Source: Deltaproteobacteria bacterium | Lineage (GTDB): Bacteria; Myxococcota_A; Polyangia; Fen-1088 | Direction: 5' to 3' | NCBI GenBank assembly: GCA_033763315.1 | Contig: JANRKS010000022.1 | Coordinates: 32,001-96,000 of the forward strand | Length of the DNA: 64,000 nucleotides | Part shown: piece after piece, positions 1 through 9,654 of the stretch | Layout of the letters: each line of letters opens with the position of its first letter | Numbering within the stretch: position 1 is the stretch's first letter | Program-made: the position numbers and the translations under genes | The notes under the pieces: generated by a model | What the model was told of the DNA's origin: nothing | Seen by the model: the letters and a program-made list of their open reading frames with translations, nothing else | The model's database searches: none

Positions 1-2
1 CG

Positions 3-1607
3 CAAGTTGAAAACCTTGCCAACCCCAACATCATCGACATCTTTTGGGAAAATAGGGAGCGCTTCAATCCGCTTGAGAGCTCGGCGCAACCGAATCAAGA
101 TCAAAGCGCGCTCGACCAGTTTCAAAATGCCCACCCCGTGGGATCGCCGTTCCGAAATCGTTTGCAACAAGAGCTCACGCGCATCGGCAGCCCCTTGCCC
201 CCAGAGGCGATCGTCAATCGCGCCATTTCGCAAACGTGCGCTGGATGCCACGCCCTGAGCAACAACGCCGCGATCGGCAGCAACACTTCGCCGCTAGCAT
301 TCCCCACGAGCGCCGATGGCTTTACGCATGTGACCGAAAACATCGTGGGTGGCCCCGTGCCGCGCTTCGCGATTTCCCCGGCACTGCGGGATGTGTTTTT
401 GCCGGCTCGGCTCGGGAAGCTCAACGCGTTTCTCTCGTTTGCCCCGGCACCGGTGCTGGCCAAGCAAACGCTTCAGCCCGTTGTCGTGGATGGTCACTTG
501 AATGAGGCCGCATGGGAGCTTCTGCAGCCGGTGACGAAAAACACGGTGGGGGCATCGGGCAACCAGGTGAGCTACGCGGTCACCTGGAATCCGAATTTTC
601 TCTTCGTGGGCATTCGGGTCCAGGATGACCGTCTTAGCAACGATTCCGCCGATCCGTGGCAAGACGATTCTGCGGAGGTTTATCTTGATGCCGACAACAA
701 CCGCAGCACCAGCTATGACTCCTTTGATCGACAGTTCGTTAAGGGTTGGAATGATGCGGGCCTCTTCGAGCGCGCCGGGCGCACAAGTGGTGTGTTGTCC
801 GCGACGGCAGCCATCGTGGGTGGATACAGTGTTGAGTTCGCCATTCCCTGGTCGGCCCTGGGCGTATCGGCCACGGCGGGCCGCACCTTTGGCTTTGACA
901 TCGCTGTCAACGATGATGACGATGGCATCGATCGCGAAGGGCAAATGATGTGGAACGGTGATAACAACAACTGGGCCAGCACGGTGCGATTCGGCAGTGT
1001 CACTTTAAGCGCGGTCACGGCACCCACGAACGCCAACGTTGCGAAGGTTTCAACGCCACCTGTGATCGACGGCCGACTGAGCGAATCGGCTTGGGCGTTG
1101 CCCTCGGTGGCGACCAAGGTTGATAAACCCGTATTAGGCAGCATCGCGGGCAACCGCGTGACGTGGAACGCTTTGTGGGACAGCACAGGCCTCTACGTCG
1201 GGGCGCGCGTTCTGGACGACACGTTGTTCGTCGATTCGGCGGATCCCTGGCAGGACGACTCGATCGAGTTGTACTTCGATGGCGATCGCAACCGCAGCAC
1301 CACCTACGACGCGTTTGATCGACAGTATGTGATCCGCCTTGATGCCACGTCGCTGTTTGAGCGATTTGGACGCACAAGCAACGTTGCATTCGCAACTTCA
1401 CGCATCCCAGGAGGCTACACCGTGGAGGTCAAAGTGCCTTGGAGCGAGCTTGGCAGCATCCCGTTTGGAAATCGTCTCGTCGGATTTGACGTGGCATTCA
1501 ATGACGACGACAACGGCGGCAACCGCGAAGGCCAGGCCGTTTGGAACGGCACCGCCGACAACTGGACGAACACTTCCAACTTCGGCACGTTGATCCTGCG
1601 CGAGTAG
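3..1607 (+). CDS. 5'-truncated protein: c-type heme (CxxCH) domain followed by two CBM9-like (DOMON-type) sugar-binding domains
   Basis: Frame is open from position 3 (QVENLANPNIID...) into ORF 138..1607. It has a CAGCH motif, then two similar repeats: VDGxLxExAW...DPWQDDSxExYxD...GYxVExxxPW...GFDxAxNDDD...NW...FG. Confidence 0.75.
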   Translation, partial: QVENLANPNIIDIFWENRERFNPLESSAQPNQDQSALDQFQNAHPVGSPFRNRLQQELTRIGSPLPPEAIVNRAISQTCAGCHALSNNAAIGSNTSPLAFPTSADGFTHVTENIVGGPVPRFAISPALRDVFLPARLGKLNAFLSFAPAPVLAKQTLQPVVVDGHLNEAAWELLQPVTKNTVGASGNQVSYAVTWNPNFLFVGIRVQDDRLSNDSADPWQDDSAEVYLDADNNRSTSYDSFDRQFVKGWNDAGLFERAGRTSGVLSATAAIVGGYSVEFAIPWSALGVSATAGRTFGFDIAVNDDDDGIDREGQMMWNGDNNNWASTVRFGSVTLSAVTAPTNANVAKVSTPPVIDGRLSESAWALPSVATKVDKPVLGSIAGNRVTWNALWDSTGLYVGARVLDDTLFVDSADPWQDDSIELYFDGDRNRSTTYDAFDRQYVIRLDATSLFERFGRTSNVAFATSRIPGGYTVEVKVPWSELGSIPFGNRLVGFDVAFNDDDNGGNREGQAVWNGTADNWTNTSNFGTLILRE

Positions 1608-1621
1608 AGACACGATAAACA

Positions 1622-1655
1622 AGGCGTTCGCGTGTCTTGGACCACGCGGACGCCT
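1622..1655. terminator. Stem-loop between convergent genes; likely intrinsic terminator
   Basis: AGGCGTTCGCGTG-N8-CACGCGGACGCCT, a 13-bp stem with one G:U, with an A-rich flank at 1617-1621. Confidence 0.5.
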
Positions 1656-1696
1656 ATTGGTGCCCCCGAACGAGGCGCCGTGACCATCGGCCACGG

Positions 1697-4600
1697 CTAT
1701 CGGGCCACGCAAGACGCAGGCTGGGGTGCCGTTATGAGCTGGCTTGTGGGCGCATCGTCAAGCACCACGTTCCGAAAAGAAACCTTCGCGGGGATGCCAC
1801 CGTGCAATTGCAAGGCAATCAGGCCTCGCGCTTCGCCCCGCGGGTCGTCAATGCAAGATGCAACATGACCATTGATCGCTGTGATGATGCGGCTGCCAAT
1901 GGCGAGGATCTCGTAACTGTTGTAATCGTTTGGCTTCACGATGCCCTTGCTTAGCGTTTCCTGCGTAAGCCACTGCCGACCTCGCTCGTGGTAAAGCCTC
2001 CCCCAGTAAGCGTTTGCGGGCCCTCCGATGTCGGCTTGATAGCCGCGCACACCTTCGTGCCCATCCTCGTAACGAATTCGCGCCGAACGAAATTGGATGC
2101 CACTGTTGTTCCCCGCCGACTCAAGTAGGACTTCGGCCTGCAGACGAAAATCGCTGACGGGAATCGAATAGATCAAGAACTCATTGTGTGGCAAATCCCC
2201 CGCCACCCTGCCTACGATTGCCGCTGAATCCGTTCCGGGGCGTTCAACGCGCCACAAATCAGGCCTTCCCACCCACCCGTGCAACGTGCGACCGTCAAAG
2301 ATATTCTGCTTGGTGCTCAAGGCGCTCGCGTGACCACGTGATTGCAGGTATGCGATGAGATCCTGCATCTCGGCTGCGGTCATGAGATCGCCTAAGCCCT
2401 CGGGCATGAACGAGTTGGATGGGGTGTCAACCCGGGCAATCGTACGCAAGGCACGTATCTCGCCCGTTTGCAGTTCCAACGTCGCCACATCTCCCGCCGC
2501 GTTCCAATGCAACTGGGTGCCTTCGAGAACTGTGCCGTCCTTGAGGGTGACCACATACACCTGAAACTCCGGTGATAACTCCGCGGAAGGTTGCAGGATC
2601 GATTGCGTGATACGCGTACGATCCGTGGAGAGTCCAATTTGGTCGAGGGGAGGCCCCAACCGCCCACCTTGCCCGTCGATCGAATGGCAGCGCGTACAGC
2701 CAACACCTGGATGGCGAAAGACGAACTGACCAAGGAGCGGATCACCGCCCGCCTCAAGCGACTTGTTATAGGCCTGCACGTCCTTGGAGCGGCTCTCAAG
2801 GGTCGCCGCGGGTGACAAAGCAAAGGCCAAAGCGGCGGCGAGGCGAGGATCCGCTGGCTCCGCTTGACGTTGTTCAAAAGCTGCGCGCACGGCTGGATTT
2901 GCGACAAAGACGCGCAAAGAGCGCGCAACCAAGATTGCAACGTCAGCTTCCGGGTCACGCAGCAGAGGCAGCAGTTCCTTGACGTTGTTGGGGTGAACGG
3001 CCACCTGTGCAATGGCTGTGAGCCGCAACGGAACCGCAGCGTTGGGGTCCTTCGCCATGCCAATCAACCGATTGGACGCAACCGTTGTTTGTGGCAAAGC
3101 GCGCAGAGCCGGCAACCGCATCCGCGGAGACGGTCCGTGCACAAGGCCGATGAGCCAGTCCACCTGATCGGGCGACGCTTTGGTCAATTGCAGCAACGCC
3201 AAGGCACGGACTTCTTCGGGCAAACTTTCATCCTTGACCAACGCTTGCACAAGGCCAGGCGGTGCTTGTGCGGCATTGTCGGGCCACGCCCCGGACCACA
3301 CGCGAGGCGGCGGCTCAGCGTAAAGCTGTTCGGTGGCGAGGTACCCTCTTACGAGACTCGGGCTGACCACAGCTTGGGCGATCGCTTTGCGAAGCGAACT
3401 GCGGTCCTTTCGCTCAAGCGTTTCGCCCACCCAACGCAGGGCCACTTGCCGAACATCCACATCCTCATCGGCGAGCCACGCCGTGGAATCAAACACTGCG
3501 GTTTCGCCGGACAAGCGGCGCCAACGCAAGGCCAGCAGGGCCGCCAGACGTTCGCATGGCTTTGGCGAGGCTGCAAGTGAAGTGATTGAGTCTGGGCGGG
3601 TGGCCAATCGGAACACAAAGGCCGCGCGCACGAAATCGTCGTTCCCGCATGCGAACCTGCGCCAACGAAGAGGTGCGTCGCTGCTTGTGAGCAGACGTTG
3701 CATTTGGATCTCAAGTGGCGCAAGGCGTGGCACTGGCGTCAGGGCCAGGCCAGGAGCGCGCCGCCGCAGCCTCCAAAGGCGACCATCACCGTGATTCGGA
3801 TACTCCTGATGCACCCAATCTGAAATGAAGACATCACCGCTTGTGGCGCTTGCGAGGCCCACGGGCCGAAAACTCGCGTCGCCTTCGATCAAGTTGTCAC
3901 GCTTGCCACGAAACGTCGCGCCTGCGTTGGACAATGAAAAGCGTTCGATCCGGTTGTCGGCCCACGACGCCACCCACATCTCACGTTCACCTTTTGTGAG
4001 CAAGCCCCCAGGAGATTCGCCCGTGCCGCCGACGTAGCCGAGCGTTCCCGGAAGCTCACCATTCCACGCCACATGCGGATGAAGGCCACTGTTGCCGTAG
4101 CGTGCAGCAAAACCATAATCGCCCCCTGCGATGATGTGTAAGAGTCGGTTAGGCCCGCGGGAATTTGGATCGTTGTCGGTGGCCCACAGCCGACCTCGGC
4201 GATCGACGTGAAGGCCGAACGGATTCCAAAAACCGGTGGCCACCAAGGTTAAACCGCCTCCATCCAAACGAACACGAACAATGTCGCCTCCGGTGCCCAT
4301 ACCGGCAAGGCGTCGGCCATCGCTCCCAACGTAGGTATACGGGGCACCGCCAATGTTCCCACGCGAAACGTAAAGCCAACCGTCGCGCGAAACGGCCACG
4401 CCGAGGAGGCCCGAATGTGGATAACGATTGGGAGATTCCAATCGTAAAAGCGTGACTTGGGTCTCCGCGCGATCATCATGGTCTTTGTCAAACAGCGCCA
4501 CAACCGCGTCTCGGGTCACCACAATGAGGTGACCGGGTTTCACGAAAGCCAAGTTCATGGCGTCGCGGAACGGACCGTCAGCGAACACGGAGATGAGCTC

Positions 4601-4876
4601 CCCTCGCCCGTCGTTGTTAACGTCGGAAAAGATCTTGACCCGATCGTGCGGTGGCCCGGCGTAGCCCGCCGGAGGCATGTGCGTGTGAGACTCGATCACA
4701 AACAAGCGATCGCGCTCATCGGTGGCCACGCCGGTAGGGGTGACGATATCGGGAGCCTGTGCGAACAGCGACAGCTCATAGGCAGGATCCGAAACCTTGG
4801 GGGCCGCCGCGTGTGCCGTGCAGGTGTGCCAAGCGCCAAGGCCTGCCACGAGCAGCGCCAGGGAAAGGTTTTTCAA
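1697..4876 (-). CDS. PVC-type heme-binding CxxCH protein (beta-propeller dehydrogenase-like domain, HEAT repeats, cytochrome c) with C-terminal DUF1080/3-keto-disaccharide hydrolase-like domain
   Basis: Signal peptide; LFAQAPDIVTPTG...GFWNPFG...DNDP...GGDYG propeller motifs; CTRCH with LGPPL...MPEGL; C-terminal IFDGRTLHGW...NNSGIQFRS...GYQADIG...GLIALQLH. Confidence 0.85.
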   Translation of the reverse strand: MKNLSLALLVAGLGAWHTCTAHAAAPKVSDPAYELSLFAQAPDIVTPTGVATDERDRLFVIESHTHMPPAGYAGPPHDRVKIFSDVNNDGRGELISVFADGPFRDAMNLAFVKPGHLIVVTRDAVVALFDKDHDDRAETQVTLLRLESPNRYPHSGLLGVAVSRDGWLYVSRGNIGGAPYTYVGSDGRRLAGMGTGGDIVRVRLDGGGLTLVATGFWNPFGLHVDRRGRLWATDNDPNSRGPNRLLHIIAGGDYGFAARYGNSGLHPHVAWNGELPGTLGYVGGTGESPGGLLTKGEREMWVASWADNRIERFSLSNAGATFRGKRDNLIEGDASFRPVGLASATSGDVFISDWVHQEYPNHGDGRLWRLRRRAPGLALTPVPRLAPLEIQMQRLLTSSDAPLRWRRFACGNDDFVRAAFVFRLATRPDSITSLAASPKPCERLAALLALRWRRLSGETAVFDSTAWLADEDVDVRQVALRWVGETLERKDRSSLRKAIAQAVVSPSLVRGYLATEQLYAEPPPRVWSGAWPDNAAQAPPGLVQALVKDESLPEEVRALALLQLTKASPDQVDWLIGLVHGPSPRMRLPALRALPQTTVASNRLIGMAKDPNAAVPLRLTAIAQVAVHPNNVKELLPLLRDPEADVAILVARSLRVFVANPAVRAAFEQRQAEPADPRLAAALAFALSPAATLESRSKDVQAYNKSLEAGGDPLLGQFVFRHPGVGCTRCHSIDGQGGRLGPPLDQIGLSTDRTRITQSILQPSAELSPEFQVYVVTLKDGTVLEGTQLHWNAAGDVATLELQTGEIRALRTIARVDTPSNSFMPEGLGDLMTAAEMQDLIAYLQSRGHASALSTKQNIFDGRTLHGWVGRPDLWRVERPGTDSAAIVGRVAGDLPHNEFLIYSIPVSDFRLQAEVLLESAGNNSGIQFRSARIRYEDGHEGVRGYQADIGGPANAYWGRLYHERGRQWLTQETLSKGIVKPNDYNSYEILAIGSRIITAINGHVASCIDDPRGEARGLIALQLHGGIPAKVSFRNVVLDDAPTSQLITAPQPASCVAR

Positions 4877-5733
4877 AGATAACTCCGTGCGATGTGAATG
4901 CCTTCGGCAAGCTCAGCCAGGGGCACGTCGCCCGCGGCTCGCGCATATTCGATCACCCAAAAGCCTTGGTATCCAGCGTCTCGAAGCCCTTGCAGCATTG
5001 CCTGTAGCGGCACCAAACCCTTTCCGTATGGGGTCACGTGGTGTCGCCCAGGCCCGTCGCAATCTTTCACATCCACGTGAAAGATCTTGCGACCGAAGCG
5101 TTGAATCAACGGCACGGGGTCAACCCCGCTGGCCACGAAATGCGCCATATCGAGACACATGCCAAGCGAGGAATGTGGTAGCGCCGAGAAAAACGCTTCG
5201 AAGTCTTCAGGGAACTCGATGTTGTTCTCAAAATGATTCTCAAGCGCGATTCGAACGTGTGCGGCTTGCGCCGCTGGCAGCACTTGCGCCAAGACGTTCA
5301 TGATTCCTGCGGTGCCGCCACGGGTGCCGCGCGCCTCCCCCGTGGCCTTGATAAGAGAACATCCCCATGCTTTGCAAATTTCGATCAGCCACAACCAACG
5401 ACTTACTTCTCGGGCAATTTCTGGTTCATCGGCCCCCACGAAGGCATTGACCTGCAAACTGATGGGCCGCAGCTTTTGGCGATCGCAAATCGCCTTAATT
5501 CGTTTAACAGAATGGGGCGTGAGCTGATCTGCGTGCCACAAATTGAATTCGATATTGTTCATACCCAAAAGCGGCGCCGCCTTAAATGTCTTAGCGAAGT
5601 TCGTGGGACCAAAGCCTTCGATGCAAATCGTGGCCAGTGCGAGTTCAGGATGGCCACGTCGACGCGCAGAAGGCGCGCCGATCTCGCTCGCAGCTCCCGC
5701 CACCGCGAGAAACTCCCGCCGCGATGTCATCAT
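4873..5733 (-). CDS. Sugar phosphate isomerase/epimerase family protein (xylose-isomerase-like TIM barrel) with Tat-like N-terminus
   Basis: Start ATG overlaps the upstream stop (ATGA); SRREFL motif; metal-binding motifs ALENH, LDMAH, HVDVKD, VIEY. Confidence 0.8.
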   Translation of the reverse strand: MMTSRREFLAVAGAASEIGAPSARRRGHPELALATICIEGFGPTNFAKTFKAAPLLGMNNIEFNLWHADQLTPHSVKRIKAICDRQKLRPISLQVNAFVGADEPEIAREVSRWLWLIEICKAWGCSLIKATGEARGTRGGTAGIMNVLAQVLPAAQAAHVRIALENHFENNIEFPEDFEAFFSALPHSSLGMCLDMAHFVASGVDPVPLIQRFGRKIFHVDVKDCDGPGRHHVTPYGKGLVPLQAMLQGLRDAGYQGFWVIEYARAAGDVPLAELAEGIHIARSYL

Positions 5734-6866
5734 ACGCAAAACTCCGGCAACGACATCACTTGGCCCCCCGCCAGTGCCGAGGCATGCCCCAGCAAGCCCA
5801 CACACGTCCAGTTGGCCGAGGTCTGCGCGTCTGGGAAAGGCGGTCGCTCACCTCGCAACGCGGAGACGAACGCGTGCACAAGGTGCGGGTGTGAGCCACC
5901 ATGGCCGTCACCTTGCAAGAATGAAAGGTGTTGATTGCTTGAGGCGTCGTACACACCGTGACGTGTGAACGGGCGCAGAGCTTCAGGCAGCAACCGAGCG
6001 AAATCCGGCACCGTAATGCGCTCGGGGATCGCAGGTTCGGGCCTTCCCTTGTGGTGTAGCACCGGGCTTTCGTTTGCCAACAAAGGCCACTCAAAACTCG
6101 CCAAAGATCCGTATACATCAAAGCTTTCGCGATACTGGCGCGCGGTGGAAAACAACGACCGATAGATGCGCGCCCCTACGTCTGAATTCGCCACCTCGAT
6201 GTGGCAGCTTTCCACGGCGAAGGGCGATCCATATTTCTGAGCGGCGGCATCATCAATGCGTCCTGAACCGAGCCCGCTCACGTGTTTCGCACGGCCGCCT
6301 ATCAAGGCAAGACACGGCCCCACACAATGGGTGGCGTAGTGAAGTGGTGGCAGCCCTTCCCAATACCCAGGCCAGCCATCCATGTCTTGTTGGTGACTGG
6401 CCTGGACAAACTGCAGCCGTCCGAGCGTCCCATCGTCAAGCAACGACTTAACGTGGAGGAATTCGCGCGCATACACCACGGTCTCCATCATCATGTACTG
6501 CAAGCCCGTGGTGCGACAGAGCTTCACGATGGTTTCGCAATCTTGCACGCTGGTCGCCATCGGCACGGTGCATGCCACGTGTTTGCCCGCGCGCAAAGCC
6601 GCGATGGTGGCGGGGCCATGGTCAGGGATGGGTGTGTTGATGTGGACCGCATCAACTTCAGGGTCGGCCAGAACTTGACCCAGCGATTCATAGGTCTTCG
6701 GAATCTGATAGCGCTCGGCGAGTTGCCGCATGGGCTCCACACGACGCTGGCAAATGCCGATCAATTCGGCATGGGGATGCGCCTGGTAAATCGGCAAAAA
6801 CTCGGCTCCGAACCCCAGGCCCACGACCACCACTTTCACTTTTTCACCTGAACGCACAATGGGCAT
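5730..6866 (-). CDS. Gfo/Idh/MocA family NAD(P)-dependent oxidoreductase
   Basis: VVVVGLGFG Rossmann motif; VDAVHINTP..H...ALRAGKHVACTVPMA. Start re-assigned to the ATG at 6866. Confidence 0.88.
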   Translation of the reverse strand: MPIVRSGEKVKVVVVGLGFGAEFLPIYQAHPHAELIGICQRRVEPMRQLAERYQIPKTYESLGQVLADPEVDAVHINTPIPDHGPATIAALRAGKHVACTVPMATSVQDCETIVKLCRTTGLQYMMMETVVYAREFLHVKSLLDDGTLGRLQFVQASHQQDMDGWPGYWEGLPPLHYATHCVGPCLALIGGRAKHVSGLGSGRIDDAAAQKYGSPFAVESCHIEVANSDVGARIYRSLFSTARQYRESFDVYGSLASFEWPLLANESPVLHHKGRPEPAIPERITVPDFARLLPEALRPFTRHGVYDASSNQHLSFLQGDGHGGSHPHLVHAFVSALRGERPPFPDAQTSANWTCVGLLGHASALAGGQVMSLPEFCV

Positions 6867-6881
6867 GCATCGATTCTGCTG

Positions 6882-6899
6882 GGCAACTTTGAGGTTGCC
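6882..6899. promoter_or_regulatory. Inverted repeat, candidate operator upstream of the oxidoreductase operon
   Basis: GGCAAC-N6-GTTGCC in the short gap between the regulator stop and the oxidoreductase start. Confidence 0.25.
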
Positions 6900-6930
6900 A
6901 TGAGAAACCCGCCCCAAAAATTGTGTTTTT

Positions 6931-8088
6931 TTACGACGCGCGTTTCGGACGATACCGCCGTCGAAAGTGCAGCGGTGTCTCCTTGAACCACCGCCGGAAT
7001 TGCACGCACAGATATTCAGCGTGTGTGTATCCCGTGCGTTGGGCGATCTCATAGATAGCCAAATCCGTTTCCGCGAGCAGTTGCTTTACGGCTGCCAGGC
7101 GACATCGTGCGATTTCATCGGCCGGCGAATGGCCAACAGCGCTGAGAAATCGTGCATCAAAAACGCGCCTCGATAGCCTTGAGCCCGCAAGGACGTCGGG
7201 GACTTTGATGCCCTCTTGCGCGTGGTCTCGAATGAAGCGCAAGGCTTGCCGCACAACCTGATCCGCAACGGCCAGGGTTTCAGTAGACTGACGTTCGGAG
7301 ATTCCTAGCGGCGGGATTCGTATTGCCACCGCGGCCACCGCACGGCCCGTCATCAATAGCTGTAGAGTCTGGGCCGCGCGCTCGCCGGCGCCGCGCGCGT
7401 CGGGCCGCACGCTTGTCAACGATGGCGTGCAGAGGGCACAGAGCAACGGGTCGTCGTCCACTCCGATCACAGCCACTGACTCAGGCACCGCCACGCCCCC
7501 CGCCTTACAAACCTGCAGAACTTCTCGCGCCAAGGAATCATAAGCCGCCATCAAGCCCACGGGTGGAAGCAACCCACGCAGCCAACGCGCGAGGTTGCGA
7601 CGCTTTTGTGACGAGTCAAAGACATCGACCTCGTGGCCATGCTGGCGAGCCAGACTCGTGAACGCCTCCCCGCGCCAGCGAGACCAGTTGAAACCTCGAT
7701 CACCCACAAAGGCAAAGCGGCGAAAGCCTCGCTGCCGCAGGTGCTCAAAAGCCATCTGCGCAATGGCCACGTCATCCGTTTCCACCCAGGGCACGATCTG
7801 CGGCGACAAGCGCGCAGAGCTAACGTCAACCACGGGCACACCCAAGGCCATGACTGCGTGTGAGACGCGCGCGTTTTCGAGGCGTGCGATAACGCCATCT
7901 CCTTTCCAGCCCGCCAGGTCCCCGGGGCTCCCCCGAGCGTGCTCAACCAGATCCACGGCCCAAGGCAAACGCTGCTCCCGGAGAAAGGATCCGATGCCCT
8001 CTAACAGCCCGCGCGCGTAGGCGTTGGAGGTTTCAATGACCAATGCAACGCGTTTTGCTTTGCCTGCGCGGCCGGCCGTGCGTGTCAT
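6931..8088 (-). CDS. XylR-type transcriptional regulator (periplasmic-binding-protein-like sensor plus AraC HTH)
   Basis: RVALVIETSNAYARGLLEGI, DGVIAR, VPESVAVIGVDDD, LTSVRPD; C-terminal AraC HTH (LLAETDLAIYEIAQRTGY...FRR...TPLHFRR). Start at ATG 8088. Confidence 0.88.
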   Translation of the reverse strand: MTRTAGRAGKAKRVALVIETSNAYARGLLEGIGSFLREQRLPWAVDLVEHARGSPGDLAGWKGDGVIARLENARVSHAVMALGVPVVDVSSARLSPQIVPWVETDDVAIAQMAFEHLRQRGFRRFAFVGDRGFNWSRWRGEAFTSLARQHGHEVDVFDSSQKRRNLARWLRGLLPPVGLMAAYDSLAREVLQVCKAGGVAVPESVAVIGVDDDPLLCALCTPSLTSVRPDARGAGERAAQTLQLLMTGRAVAAVAIRIPPLGISERQSTETLAVADQVVRQALRFIRDHAQEGIKVPDVLAGSRLSRRVFDARFLSAVGHSPADEIARCRLAAVKQLLAETDLAIYEIAQRTGYTHAEYLCVQFRRWFKETPLHFRRRYRPKRAS

Positions 8089-8537
8089 GTCACTTGGGGA
8101 ACCTAAGGCGAGGCGTCCGTGAACGGACGATGCCACAAAGCCAGAACTATCGCACACGATAGCCTTAGCTTTGGAAAAATCCTGACTTAGCCACACTTAG
8201 TCGCGTTAATGACTGTTCATTAAGGCCGGCCTTAAAGAGGTTTTACGATGGGTTAGTGACCGCTCGCGGTGCACTAGACGCTGTCACGAATCTTAGGCCT
8301 CACCTCGCCGCCCGCAAAAATTGCGAAGGGCGTATATGTCGGCGTGAAACAGAGCGACCTCGGTCCACAACGGAATTTTCCCTGCCACCAATCCGACAGA
8401 TCGGCGCATCTCGAGCCAATCGTAACCTCCCGTACTGCCTGATTCGGCGCAGCCGTCACCCCAGCGCGCGACCATGTTCATTACGCCATAAACGACTTGC
8501 ACATCTCTTGGGCGTTCCCCCGCAGCAGCAGGATCCC

Positions 8538-9614
8538 CTACTGACCCGTGACCGCGAAGCAGTTGAAACCACCATAGCCGCCGCCCGCGCCCACGGTCTT
8601 TGTGCCGTTGCTGGCTTTGAGCTCAGTGTCGATGCCTTTGCCACAACCACCTGCGGGGTGATCGCTGATCCAGTGGCGACCATTGTTGTTGGAGCGAGGC
8701 CAAGCGTGACCGATCATGGGCGGAGGCAGGTTCTGGTCTGTGCTTGTCCAATCGTTGCAGGTGCTTCCCGTGCCGGCCGCGTACTTGCCGTTCTTGTCCG
8801 AGCCCGTGAGCATGTCGTGGTTGTCCACCGACATGGCGGGTCGAATCGGATCGCCGTTTTCGTCGGTGAACATGATCGCTAGCGCCGGATCACCGCCCTT
8901 GGGCCGGCCGCCCGTGGCCGTGTTGTCGGGGATCAAGTCGGCCACCGTCTTTGCGAACAGCTTGTTGTTAAAGTCGTACCAGGGGCCTTTGCCGACCCGA
9001 TCGATGGCGTTCACGGGCTGCCCATTCGGACCGGCTTTGACGCTCAAGAAGGCATGCCATGTCTTTTGATCGCCGGGGTTGGTTTTCTGGGCAAGCTTCG
9101 TGCAAATGTTGTCGGCCCCCGCTAGGCCTCCCAAGTCGCCGCCCAAGCCGTTCACCTTGTCGGTCGCAAAAGACACAATGCCAGCTTGGCTCGTGGTGAA
9201 GAAAGTGAACCAAGGACGCTTGTCAGAAGCCGCGGTGCCTCCCGCCCCTGCCGCCGATCCGGCCGCCCCTCCTCCCATGCCGCCACCCATTCCCCCAGAA
9301 CCGCCAGCCTGCATGCCGCCGCTGCTTCCCCCACCACTTCCGCCTGAGCCCGAGCCGCCCACATTGCTGCCGCCGGATCCGCCGTCCGTTTTGGCGGCAC
9401 CCCCACCGCCGCCTTTTCCTCCTGCGCTGCTGCCACCTGATTCGGTGTCTCCGCCATTGCTTTCACCGCCATTGCCGCCATTGCCTTCATCATCGCCACC
9501 ACCACCTGACGAGCAATGCAGCGCCAAGGCCGCGATGCCCCCAAGAAGAGCTAAGCGAGACGTGGGGCGCAACGCGATACCACACAAAGCCATCGAACCA
9601 TTCTTCGTTTTCAT
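8538..9614 (-). CDS. Lipoprotein with Gly/Ser-rich linker and C-terminal endostatin/C-type-lectin-fold (DUF1554-like) domain
   Basis: Hydrophobic leader ending ALHC; long Gly-rich spacer; GDLGGLAGADNIC..LA...TWHAFLS...NAIDRVGKGPWY...CNDWTS...FNCFA. Confidence 0.7.
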   Translation of the reverse strand: MKTKNGSMALCGIALRPTSRLALLGGIAALALHCSSGGGGDDEGNGGNGGESNGGDTESGGSSAGGKGGGGGAAKTDGGSGGSNVGGSGSGGSGGGSSGGMQAGGSGGMGGGMGGGAAGSAAGAGGTAASDKRPWFTFFTTSQAGIVSFATDKVNGLGGDLGGLAGADNICTKLAQKTNPGDQKTWHAFLSVKAGPNGQPVNAIDRVGKGPWYDFNNKLFAKTVADLIPDNTATGGRPKGGDPALAIMFTDENGDPIRPAMSVDNHDMLTGSDKNGKYAAGTGSTCNDWTSTDQNLPPPMIGHAWPRSNNNGRHWISDHPAGGCGKGIDTELKASNGTKTVGAGGGYGGFNCFAVTGQ

Positions 9615-9654
9615 GGTGGATCCTTTCCGAACATAAGGAAGGTGGACAAGTGAT

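Noticed and set aside
480-1600. DNA-level duplication within the first gene
   Set aside because: Explained by the two tandem CBM9-like domains.
9230-9510. Repetitive CCGCC-rich tract resembling a tandem repeat or array
   Set aside because: It is the Gly/Ser linker coding sequence of the lipoprotein; there is no fixed repeat-spacer period, so it is not CRISPR.
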